This document shows, one piece after another, positions 47,952 through 56,473 of a stretch of DNA of 58,310 bases. Numbering within the stretch: position 1 is the stretch's first letter; each line of letters opens with the position of its first letter. This DNA is from Candidatus Woesearchaeota archaeon (GTDB lineage Archaea > Nanobdellota > Nanobdellia > Woesearchaeales > JAGVYU01): assembly GCA_043810355.1 (NCBI GenBank), contig JBDROB010000070.1:1-58310 (forward strand), given 5' to 3'. Below the pieces are notes generated by a model. It made no database searches, was not told where the DNA came from, and saw nothing but the letters and a program-made list of their open reading frames with translations. Both the position numbers and the translations under genes were made by a program.

Positions 47952-48701
47952 TCATTTCTTCCCATATGCTTTTAAGATCTCTAAAGGAATGCCCAACACA
48001 ATTGTGTTGCTCTGATCAGAGCTTATGTCGTTAAGGGTCTGAAGAGTCCTAAGATGGAGAGCACCGTTTGCTGCTGATAGTATCTTTGCTGCTTTTGCCA
48101 TATTGGAAGCAGCAAGGACTTCTCCCTCTGCCTTGATGATCGTGGATCTCTTTTCTCTCTCTGCTTCTGCCTGCTTTCCCATGACTCTCTGCATGTCTTT
48201 TGGAAGCTCTATATGCTTTAATTCAACAGCATCAACCTTGATCCCCCAAGGATCAGTGGCTTTGTCAATTATCAGCCTTATCTTTTGCGAGATTGAATCC
48301 CTGTTGACTAAAAGCTCATCAAGAGATACTTCTCCAACAGTGTCTCTCATTGTTGTCTGTGCCAGCTGTGACACTGCATAACTATAGTTTTCAACTTCTA
48401 AAACTGCTTTAGAAGAATCTGAAACCTTATAGAACAGAACTGCATTGACAAGAATGCTGACATTATCTTTTGTGATAGCATCCTGGTCAGGGACATCAAC
48501 TACTTTCACTCTTAAGTCAATCCTTTGCCATGTCTGGATGACTGGAATGACTATTCTCAGGCCTGGATTCATAATACCAGTATATTTTCCTAAAGTAAAC
48601 CTGACTCCTCTTTCATATTCATTCACAACCTTTAATCCAGAAAGGATGAAAAGAACCACTATTCCTATCAATATTCCTATAGAGCTTAAAGCAAATACCA
48701 T
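47952..48701 (-). CDS. SPFH/stomatin-family protein
   Basis: EYERGVRFTLG, PGL, ITKDNV, AQTTMR, WGIKV, QAEAEREKR, LRTLQTL. Confidence 0.93.
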   Translation of the reverse strand: MVFALSSIGILIGIVVLFILSGLKVVNEYERGVRFTLGKYTGIMNPGLRIVIPVIQTWQRIDLRVKVVDVPDQDAITKDNVSILVNAVLFYKVSDSSKAVLEVENYSYAVSQLAQTTMRDTVGEVSLDELLVNRDSISQKIRLIIDKATDPWGIKVDAVELKHIELPKDMQRVMGKQAEAEREKRSTIIKAEGEVLAASNMAKAAKILSAANGALHLRTLQTLNDISSDQSNTIVLGIPLEILKAYGKK

Positions 48702-48841
48702 TAATATCCCCCCATTAATATGTTATTCTTCTGTATTATCATCCCTACTTAATAAATATTTTGGTTTTTGGTGTTGATAATTGTTAATGTAATGGCTTTT
48801 TCCAAAACTTTAATATACTGATTTCTAACTTAACATTCATT

Positions 48842-49819
48842 ATGAACTTCCAGGACTTGGTCAGGATAGAGAAATATGACACTTATCTAGACCATGCTTT
48901 CAAAAAAGCAAAAGCAAAAGTTGAGCAGGCCAAGGAGCAGAAGCTAAAAGGGGAGAGAGTGCATAAGTCAAGGCAGATGGAGTCATTGAGGATAAATGTC
49001 GTAAAGGATTATCTTACAAACAGTTTTCAGAAAATACTTGATTCTTTTCCAAACATAAACCAGCTGGACAAGTTCTATCTGGAACTGGTGCACTGCACTC
49101 TGGAATATGACCAGCTTAAATTAAGCTTGGGAATATTATCATGGGGTATCAAGCATATACAAAAGTTCTATTCAAAATATAACAGTCTAATAAACCAGAC
49201 AGAAGACCTGCAGAAGATAAACCAATACAGGAGAGAGTTCTATGGAAGGGTTTCCTCAATAGTAAAACAGACCAGCAAGGCCCTATTATATCTTGAAGAG
49301 GCAAGAAAAGTGATGAGGAACTATCCAAACATTAAGACTTCTGTCAAGACAGTCTCAATTGTAGGGTTTCCAAATGTAGGAAAGACAACTCTTCTGTATA
49401 AATTGACTGGGTCAAAGGCTGAGATAAACAGCTATTCATTCACGACAAAAGGCATCAATATAGGGTATATTGGAAAAGACAAGGCAAAAAAGGACAGGAT
49501 ACAGGTGATTGATACGCCTGGGACATTGAACAGGTTTGAAAAGATGAACAATATTGAGAAGATCGCACATCTTGCAATGAAATATGTCTCAGATATTTTT
49601 ATCTATGTTTTTGACCTGAGCGAAGAGTATCCTATAGATGACCAGATTAAACTCTTCAATGAAATAAAGAAGTTTGACAAGAAAATATTTGTCTATCTGT
49701 CCAAGACTGACATCCTTGAGAGGGAGAAAGTTGAAGAATTCAACAAAAAGATAGGATGCATAAAAGATGTCAAAATTCTTGAGAAAGAGATGAAAAAGGC
49801 ATTGAAGGATTCTGAATAA
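48842..49819 (+). CDS. NOG1-family GTPase
   Basis: N-terminal helical domain with FYGRVSS; GFPNVGKT, YSFTT, DTPG, SKTD. Confidence 0.9.
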   Translation: MNFQDLVRIEKYDTYLDHAFKKAKAKVEQAKEQKLKGERVHKSRQMESLRINVVKDYLTNSFQKILDSFPNINQLDKFYLELVHCTLEYDQLKLSLGILSWGIKHIQKFYSKYNSLINQTEDLQKINQYRREFYGRVSSIVKQTSKALLYLEEARKVMRNYPNIKTSVKTVSIVGFPNVGKTTLLYKLTGSKAEINSYSFTTKGINIGYIGKDKAKKDRIQVIDTPGTLNRFEKMNNIEKIAHLAMKYVSDIFIYVFDLSEEYPIDDQIKLFNEIKKFDKKIFVYLSKTDILEREKVEEFNKKIGCIKDVKILEKEMKKALKDSE

Positions 49820-49861
49820 CAAAATATTTTTATAATAGAAACTCTAAAAATAGAAAATTAT

Positions 49862-49889
49862 AGCAATCTTACAGCAATTTTTCAGCAAT
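49862..49889 (+). promoter_or_regulatory. Three AGCAAT direct repeats at 11-bp spacing
   Basis: AGCAAT at 49862, 49873 and 49884, upstream of the pilin-like/SLT genes. Confidence 0.4.
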
Positions 49890-49919
49890 TGTGAAAGTTT
49901 TAATGAAAAAAGAGGCAAT

Positions 49920-50693
49920 ATGATGGGCTTAAACAAAAAAGGACTTGTCACAGTGTTTATACTCATCGGAATATTTCTTCTGATTGCATTCGGAGCATTC
50001 TTTTTTATGAGGTTTCAGCAGTTCCAGCCAGATGACAGTGTGGTCACAGTATCATATGATTTCCAGACTGCCACAAGTTTTATTCATTCATGTGCTGAGA
50101 GGAAAGCTAATGAAGCATTAGTGAGGATATCTGACCAAGGGGGATCTTATCTCTTGACAGAAAATTATTATGACCATCCATTCTTTCCAGTTGCATATCA
50201 TTACATGGATGGAGAGAACATGGCCTATTCACCTGAAGAGGTCAGTGAAGAGCTTTCTAAGTTCATGGATGAGAAAGTGATCGGGTGCATTGATGAAGCA
50301 AATAATGTCCAGAAAAATGTTCTAGTCAGCCAGGATGGAGAACCAGAGACAAGGACAACAATCAATGAGAATTCAGTCGAGTTTGATGTAAAGTTTCCAT
50401 TGAAGATGGATATGGGAAATAATCATCATAAGGAAAGCATGTTTGTTGTAGAGATTGAGAATCTAAGGTTGATAAAAATATTAGAGTTAAGCTGGAGGCT
50501 TGCAAAAGAACAAGGAGAGCATAAGGAGTCATTATGCTACAGCTGCATCTATAAACTTGCTGAAGAGAACAATATGAGAATAGATTATACAAAAATAGGG
50601 GATGATGTCATATATTATTTTATCACAGACCTTACTTCAAGAATAGACGGACTGCCATTGACATTCAGTCTTGCACATAAAAATGGAATATAA
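49920..50693 (+). CDS. Pilin-like protein with class III signal peptide
   Basis: NKKG|LVTVFILIGIFLLI then a Cys-containing globular domain (FIHSC, QGG, IGC). Confidence 0.7.
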   Translation: MMGLNKKGLVTVFILIGIFLLIAFGAFFFMRFQQFQPDDSVVTVSYDFQTATSFIHSCAERKANEALVRISDQGGSYLLTENYYDHPFFPVAYHYMDGENMAYSPEEVSEELSKFMDEKVIGCIDEANNVQKNVLVSQDGEPETRTTINENSVEFDVKFPLKMDMGNNHHKESMFVVEIENLRLIKILELSWRLAKEQGEHKESLCYSCIYKLAEENNMRIDYTKIGDDVIYYFITDLTSRIDGLPLTFSLAHKNGI

Positions 50694-52686
50694 GAACCTG
50701 ATAATCGGAATGGGCATAATCCTAGTCATAATGGGATTAGTCATTGCTGAGGATGCTGGTCAGGCTGAATTTGATGCTGAGTCAGCATCACCTCAAGAGA
50801 TAGCTGATAATTTTGACAGCATAGGCGATCTCAGCTCTGTTGATAATTTTGAAGGAGTCCAGGATGCCTTTAAGATGAAATTTGGAGTCGAGCTTACTGG
50901 TTTATCAGGGTTTGCAAAACTTACTGGAAATATATTATCAACAAACACTATGTCTTTTTCTATGGAAAATATTGACAGCGGATCATTAGAGGTTGATAAG
51001 GACGGGAACATAGTCTACACGCCAGATGAAGGCACAACTGAACTGGAACTTTCTGGATCAGACAATGTGATGGTAGACACTGACGGAAGGGAAATATCAC
51101 TTCTGACAGAATCAGGGGTTCCAGCAGATGTTAGCGGAAAATTCACTTTCAAGGAAAATTCATTGATTGTCTATCAAGATTCACCAGTAAGTGTGAATGG
51201 ATATGAATTTGACAATAGTGGAGATGACCTTTCTATCAGATTTAGCGGAGAAGGTGATGGGATAACTTTCCAAGAAACAGGGATAAGGGCAGAGAATGTT
51301 GAGGATATCACAATAAGAACATCAACAGGGGTGGAAATCGCTTTTGACAGGGGAAAAGCAACAGCTGAGATTGACTATAGGTTCCTTGATGGAACACTAC
51401 TAAAGAGCGGAATGCAGAATGAAAGAGTAACAGACCTATCTAATCTGCTGAATGATCTTGGTTATACTGGAGCAAATGGAAGACCTCTTGACACCCAGTC
51501 ATTGATTTATGGCCCAAACACAAGGAATGCAGTCACACAGCTGCAGAGCGATCTGGACAAGGAAGGAATTGGGCTGTTGCCAAAATATCATTCAGATGGC
51601 GTGTTTGGAGGAGAGACCCTTTCTGCATTCAACACTGCAGTAGGGCCTGAGATCAGGCTCATAAGCGGTGACATAAGCATCACAAGCGACAATATCTATA
51701 CTGAGAATGGAATGATAATGGGACCGACTGGACAAAATCCTCATGAGCATGGATTTCAACTGATCACAGAACAAGACAATTATAGAGCATATCTGCAGGG
51801 GTTTAGGGATAGTGATGTCATTGGAGGAGATGTAACAAGAGAGGTTGTAGGAATTATTGATGCAAGAGAGGTAGTCACAACAAATGAGCTTGGCAGGTTT
51901 GTTGGCTCTAAAAATCAGGATGTCATCAATTATCTTATGGTCACAAAAGGATTGAATTATGATCAAGCGGCAAATTACTTCAATAATATTTATGGAACTG
52001 GTGACAGCGGGTTTAGGGCCCTTGTTCAGGACAGGGAAGGCAGCTTTAATCATCCAAATGCACCAAGACCTGCTTCAACAGGACAGGAGCAAGTACCACC
52101 ATTAGTAGAAAGTCCAAGGCCAGCTGTTGCTGGAACAACAGAATTCAAATATAATTATGAATCTCCTGACGGAGATTATACTGAGTTTGCAAATTATCTT
52201 GACAGCCTGACAAAAACTCAGGGCAGAAATAGTGTTACATCCCAGCTTGGAATTGAAGATAATAGGGATAATTTTGGAGTACAGATGGAACAAAATATCA
52301 GAGGCTACAAGCCATTGATACAGGAGGCAGCAGCAAAATATGATGTCCCCCCTGAACATATTGAAGCTATACTCATCCATGAATCTGGCGGAGCCTCTAA
52401 TTCAGTAAGCACTTCAAGACATGAATGCCTCGGGCCAATGCAATTAAGCAGGTGGCTGTATAAAGATTCTGAGGATTTTGGCCCTGCAATAAATCCATTT
52501 AATGCTGTGCAGGCGATTGACAGAGGAGCAGCTTATTATGCCAACTATTACCATAAATATGGGATGCAGAGGGCATTGGCAACCTATAATGGAGGGCCAA
52601 ACCTATACTCTATTCCAGGACCTCAAAGATATTCACGAGATGTGCAGAGGATAATAAATGCTGGTTCTATCAATAAGTATGATTAG
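50683..52686 (+). CDS. Secreted peptidoglycan-binding protein with C-terminal SLT lytic transglycosylase domain
   Basis: Signal peptide; PG-binding motif LKSG...V..L..LL.DLGY...YGPNTRNAVTQLQ...DGVFGGET (~51400-51630); SLT motifs IQEAAAKYDV, IHESGG (Glu at 52381), GPMQL, ALATYNGGP. Confidence 0.88.
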   Translation: MEYKNLIIGMGIILVIMGLVIAEDAGQAEFDAESASPQEIADNFDSIGDLSSVDNFEGVQDAFKMKFGVELTGLSGFAKLTGNILSTNTMSFSMENIDSGSLEVDKDGNIVYTPDEGTTELELSGSDNVMVDTDGREISLLTESGVPADVSGKFTFKENSLIVYQDSPVSVNGYEFDNSGDDLSIRFSGEGDGITFQETGIRAENVEDITIRTSTGVEIAFDRGKATAEIDYRFLDGTLLKSGMQNERVTDLSNLLNDLGYTGANGRPLDTQSLIYGPNTRNAVTQLQSDLDKEGIGLLPKYHSDGVFGGETLSAFNTAVGPEIRLISGDISITSDNIYTENGMIMGPTGQNPHEHGFQLITEQDNYRAYLQGFRDSDVIGGDVTREVVGIIDAREVVTTNELGRFVGSKNQDVINYLMVTKGLNYDQAANYFNNIYGTGDSGFRALVQDREGSFNHPNAPRPASTGQEQVPPLVESPRPAVAGTTEFKYNYESPDGDYTEFANYLDSLTKTQGRNSVTSQLGIEDNRDNFGVQMEQNIRGYKPLIQEAAAKYDVPPEHIEAILIHESGGASNSVSTSRHECLGPMQLSRWLYKDSEDFGPAINPFNAVQAIDRGAAYYANYYHKYGMQRALATYNGGPNLYSIPGPQRYSRDVQRIINAGSINKYD

Positions 52687-52794
52687 ATCATGAATACTTT
52701 CTTTAAATCCTTAAAATGGTTATCTTTTTTACCTTTAGTTCCTTGTCTGTGCCCATAAGATATTCTATCCAATCTGATGGTCAATAACAATCAT
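52683..52794 (-). pseudogene. Decayed VapC (PIN) toxin
   Basis: MIVID, frameshift, SDWIEYLMGTDKG joined almost directly to a PIN-like C-terminus DNHFKDLKKVFMI*; middle of the domain missing. Confidence 0.7.
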
Positions 52795-52981
52795 AATTTC
52801 CTCTCATAACAGTCTCTTTCAAAAGGCTTTAACTTTTTCCCTTTCAATATTCCAAAATAATCTTTTTTTTAATTAAATCTTTAAAAAGAATTTTGTTAAC
52901 ATTTTCAGATATTTTTCTCTTTCCAAATTTATTCACTAAAGTTTCATATACATCATCCCTTAGCAATATTGTTGTTTTCAT
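52791..52981 (-). pseudogene. Frameshifted VapB-like antitoxin
   Basis: MKTTILLRDDVYETLVNKFGKRKISE... behind GGTGA SD; one more A in the A8 run (plus-strand T 52863-52870) gives ...DYFGILKGKKLKPFERDCYERKL* with an ATGA overlap onto the toxin start. Confidence 0.7.
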
Positions 52982-53099
52982 AATCATTTACTTTCACCAT
53001 AAACCTATATGTTTATGGTGTATTTATATTTTTTTAATATTAGTTGTTAATGACATCCTTAATATAATTAATGTAGAAAAAATTGAAAAATTTTCAGAA

Positions 53100-54173
53100 T
53101 TACTTTCCTTTTTTCATATAGATAGTACGAGTAGGGAAAGGTATTCCGATCTTTGCCTTCTTAAGGTTATTATAGATGTTTGTCGTGGCAACATCTTTTG
53201 CAGAAAACCTTTGTGTGTATGATTCCACATAGAAAAACAATCTGAAGTTAAGTGAGAAATCACCCATGTTGATGAACTTGACAAATGGTTCTGGATCATC
53301 CTTGATAAGGCCTTCAATGCCTTTCAATGATTGCATAGCAACTTTCTTCACCTTTTCTGGGTCAGAGCCATACTCGACGCCAAAGTCAATAGTAACCCTA
53401 GCACTAGGGTCAGGAAGAACAAGGTTCTGGATCTGAGAGTCTGCCAAAGTACCATTCGGAATAACAATGACCTCATTGTCAAAAGTCCTGATCTTAGTCG
53501 ATCTCAAACCTACATCAAGGACTTTTCCAGTCAGCTGTCCGTCATTTATCTTGATTGTGTCTCCAACCTTCAATGATTTATCCAATATCATTGAGATTCC
53601 GCCGAAAATGTTTCCCAGGACTTTCTGCAGTGCAAATGCAACAGCCAGACCTGCAATTCCTAAAGATGCAAGAAGTGGAGCTATCTCAACACCCCAAAAA
53701 TCCAAGATGTATAATAATGCAAGTATATAGACAACAATCTTTACAAACCTATGGAAAAGAGGCAATAATGCATCGTCAAAAGTTGATTTTGTCTTAGAAG
53801 CAAAATGCTCACCCCAATTGTTGATGATAGCATTCAAAACTCCTGAAATGATAAATGCGACACTAATAATGATCAATGTGACAATAGCATCGACTAATCC
53901 TGTCTCAACTTTCTCAGCAAAATTAAAAGAAAGAACAGCAAGCCAGATGCCGACCATCAGCAGTATGAATGAGAGCGGCCTGTTGATAACCTTGACTATC
54001 TGGTCATCCAAATCACTCTTTGTCTTTGAAGCAACCTTAAGGAAAATCTTTTCAAATATTATCACAATCAATTGGGATAAGACATAGAATGCGACAAGGA
54101 TAATAAATGCCTTGATCAGCCTGTTTTCAGGAAGGAATGTCAGATGAGTGTTAGTCAAGTCTATTATTGCCAT
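53100..54173 (-). CDS. mscS: Small-conductance mechanosensitive channel
   Basis: LASLGIAGLAVAFALQ..LGN, KVGDTI, VGLRSTKIRT, IPN, GIPFP. Confidence 0.93.
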   Translation of the reverse strand: MAIIDLTNTHLTFLPENRLIKAFIILVAFYVLSQLIVIIFEKIFLKVASKTKSDLDDQIVKVINRPLSFILLMVGIWLAVLSFNFAEKVETGLVDAIVTLIIISVAFIISGVLNAIINNWGEHFASKTKSTFDDALLPLFHRFVKIVVYILALLYILDFWGVEIAPLLASLGIAGLAVAFALQKVLGNIFGGISMILDKSLKVGDTIKINDGQLTGKVLDVGLRSTKIRTFDNEVIVIPNGTLADSQIQNLVLPDPSARVTIDFGVEYGSDPEKVKKVAMQSLKGIEGLIKDDPEPFVKFINMGDFSLNFRLFFYVESYTQRFSAKDVATTNIYNNLKKAKIGIPFPTRTIYMKKGK

Positions 54174-54247
54174 GCAATTATGTAAATATCAATAGTATTT
54201 ATACTTTTCCAATTTTTAAATATTTAAAGAAATCAGGATTACCCTAA

Positions 54248-54772
54248 TTATTTCTTCTCAGAGACCAAGATACTGCAGGAACAAGGAAGCTTTGAAGCAG
54301 CTCTCTTCAATGCATTCTTTGCATGCAAAACATTATTCTTATCAGTGTCAACAGTCATTATGATCTGGCCTTCCTTAACCCTGGCAGCAATGCCTATAGG
54401 CTTTCCGAAACTATGCTTCATACCAGTGCTCATCCTGTCTGCACCAGCGCCTGCTGCCAATGGATTTTCCCTAAGAATATGATGAGGATAAGGGCGAAGG
54501 CTGAATGAGAATCCGACCTGGCCAATCTGCTTCTCAAGATACCTGTTGCTGGTCTGCCTTGCAGACTCAAGAGCATTATCCCTGATATTCAGGTTCCTTT
54601 TTGAGATAAGGCTGACAGTGAAAGGGAAAACCTTGTTATTCTCTCCACTATTATACTTGACAATCCTTGAGTTAGGGGTGATTCTAATAAATGATCTTTC
54701 CCTAAATTTAGAAATCCTTGAATAAGGCCTTTCCAACCTTCTATAGGCACAAAATTTCCTTAGCTTTGCCAT
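54248..54772 (-). CDS. rpl10e: 50S ribosomal protein L10e (uL16)
   Basis: ALESAR, PYPHHILREN, AGADRMSTGMKHSFGKP, ALKRAASKLP. Confidence 0.96.
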   Translation of the reverse strand: MAKLRKFCAYRRLERPYSRISKFRERSFIRITPNSRIVKYNSGENNKVFPFTVSLISKRNLNIRDNALESARQTSNRYLEKQIGQVGFSFSLRPYPHHILRENPLAAGAGADRMSTGMKHSFGKPIGIAARVKEGQIIMTVDTDKNNVLHAKNALKRAASKLPCSCSILVSEKK

Positions 54773-54800
54773 ATCTTTGGTAAGTTATGGCTGATTTATA

Positions 54801-54886
54801 AAGGTTTTGGAAATGGAAAGCATTTCCAAAGCCCAGGAAAGGTATACCTTTCCACTGGTTACGGAAATCTTTGATTTCCTAACCTT
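54801..54886. repeat. Triple-hairpin palindromic element
   Basis: 13-bp stem 54803-54833, perfect 18-bp palindrome GGAAAGGTATACCTTTCC 54836-54853, stem 54857-54884; bounded by AAGGTT/AACCTT. Confidence 0.6.
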
Positions 54887-55290
54887 AAGAATGGTTTTAC
54901 CTTTTTTATAGGTTTTGGTTAGTTTAAATCAAATTTAATAAAAAAAGTTTGAAGTTATCCTAATGTTTAAATAGATGATATCATAAGAATTTACATAAAT
55001 CATAATGTTATATTTCCATAACATTTACACAATAAAAAATCAGATTTTTTTATGGATAAATGTTGCTCAATTACATAGTAATTTTCACAACATTTATACA
55101 GTAAAAATCAAAGATGCCTAAAAACAAGTTTTTGGCACGCTAAAAATTACAAAGTAATTTTTTAACGTTTTTAAGCATAAATGTTTGAAAAATCCCTGAT
55201 TTTTCATAACATTTATATAGGAGTAAATATAGGATTGAGAGTATATAGTCAAAAATATAACTTTCATTAAAACTAAAGAGGTGTGTATAA

Positions 55291-55959
55291 ATGATAAAAT
55301 CAAGAAAAGCTTCTCTGGAACTTTCTGTTAATGCGATTGTCATAATTGTTTTGGCAATGACCCTTTTAGGGCTAGGCTTATTCTTTATCAGGGGATTATT
55401 CGGGAATGTGATTGATTTGTCAGAATCTACATTTTCCAAGATATCTGATGAAGTAAGCCAGAAACTTAGCAGTGGTCGGGATAAATTATTATTCTCGAGC
55501 ATCCAATTCACACTTGAAAGAGGCAAGACAAAATTAGAAGGTTTTGGGATAAGAAATGATGGCAATGCACAATTGAATTATGGTGTGAAATTTTATTCGA
55601 TAAGTTGTCCTGATCTTAATAATACTGTTTGTAATCCCCCTCCTAATGATAATAACAAAATCGATACATGGTTTACCTATGTGAAAGGTCCAAAAGCTTA
55701 TCAGCTTGCAGCAGGAGACAGTCATGTGAAAAGAGTTGAGATAAAGATACCAAGTCAGGCAAAAACAGGATTATATTTGATAAAAATGGTTGTTTTTTAT
55801 GCTCCTGACGAAATGGCTGCTGCAACACCCCCATCATTTAACGCTTCTACAGAGTCTGATCCATCAAGAGCACCTGGATGGAAAATATTACCAACTTCAT
55901 GTGTAACAACTTCATGTGCAATATATGATGAGACTGAAATATTTTTAACAGTTGCGTAA
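55291..55959 (+). CDS. Pilin-like protein with class III signal peptide
   Basis: SRKA|SLELSVNAIVIIVLA; Ig-like region with GIRN and GLY..K..V; four Cys; GAGGTG SD. Confidence 0.75.
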   Translation: MIKSRKASLELSVNAIVIIVLAMTLLGLGLFFIRGLFGNVIDLSESTFSKISDEVSQKLSSGRDKLLFSSIQFTLERGKTKLEGFGIRNDGNAQLNYGVKFYSISCPDLNNTVCNPPPNDNNKIDTWFTYVKGPKAYQLAAGDSHVKRVEIKIPSQAKTGLYLIKMVVFYAPDEMAAATPPSFNASTESDPSRAPGWKILPTSCVTTSCAIYDETEIFLTVA

Positions 55960-55967
55960 AGGTGATA

Positions 55968-56186
55968 ATTATGAAAAAAAGATTAACTGCATCAGAAGAA
56001 TTTGAGATAATGAAGCTTGTCCTGGACAAGTTCCTTTGGCTTGGATTTGCAATCATGGGTGTTGGACTCTGGAAAATGGTAGTCAATTCAGACATGGGAC
56101 AGGGAGTAATGTTCATGATTATAGGTATAGTAGTATTGGTCTTGTTTGTCATACTCATTGTAAAAGAGTATGAGATCATAGGCTAA
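55968..56186 (+). CDS. Small two-TM membrane protein
   Basis: KKRLTASEEFEIMKLVLDKFLWLG...KEYE; start approximate, GGTGA SD suggests the nearby ATG. Confidence 0.6.
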   Translation: MMKKRLTASEEFEIMKLVLDKFLWLGFAIMGVGLWKMVVNSDMGQGVMFMIIGIVVLVLFVILIVKEYEIIG

Positions 56187-56208
56187 AATATTTTTTATTC
56201 TTTTTAAT

Positions 56209-56367
56209 ATGTCAGAAATATACCACTGGTCTACATGAACAGCGGACAATAGTCCACAATCCATTTTTGGAAGGCGGTATATTTCTGAGCATGCTCAAAG
56301 TCGGCAGGGTGAGCAAAGCGAACATGCCACCAGCATATTGACTGGTGATCCCTGCCGACTTTGACAT
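56209..56367 (+). repeat. 159-bp structured dispersed repeat, copy 3
   Basis: Same length and ends as copies 1 and 2; 22 nt after the upstream stop. Confidence 0.95.
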
Positions 56368-56473
56368 GTTTTTCCCTGATTCTAAGGAGGTTATCCGCAA
56401 TATTTTTATACTATTGACTACAGGAATAGTAATATTGATAGAAATTATATGGAATTATTGATCAAAGAGGTGC

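Noticed and set aside
49920-52686. SLT gene as a prophage lysin
   Set aside because: No capsid, terminase, holin or integrase nearby; it has a signal peptide and an archaeal pilin-like partner.
12704-56367. 159-bp repeats as a CRISPR array or tRNA/SRP/RNase P genes
   Set aside because: Copies are dispersed with no spacers or cas genes; no tRNA D/T-loop consensus or CCA, and no SRP or RNase P motifs recognised.
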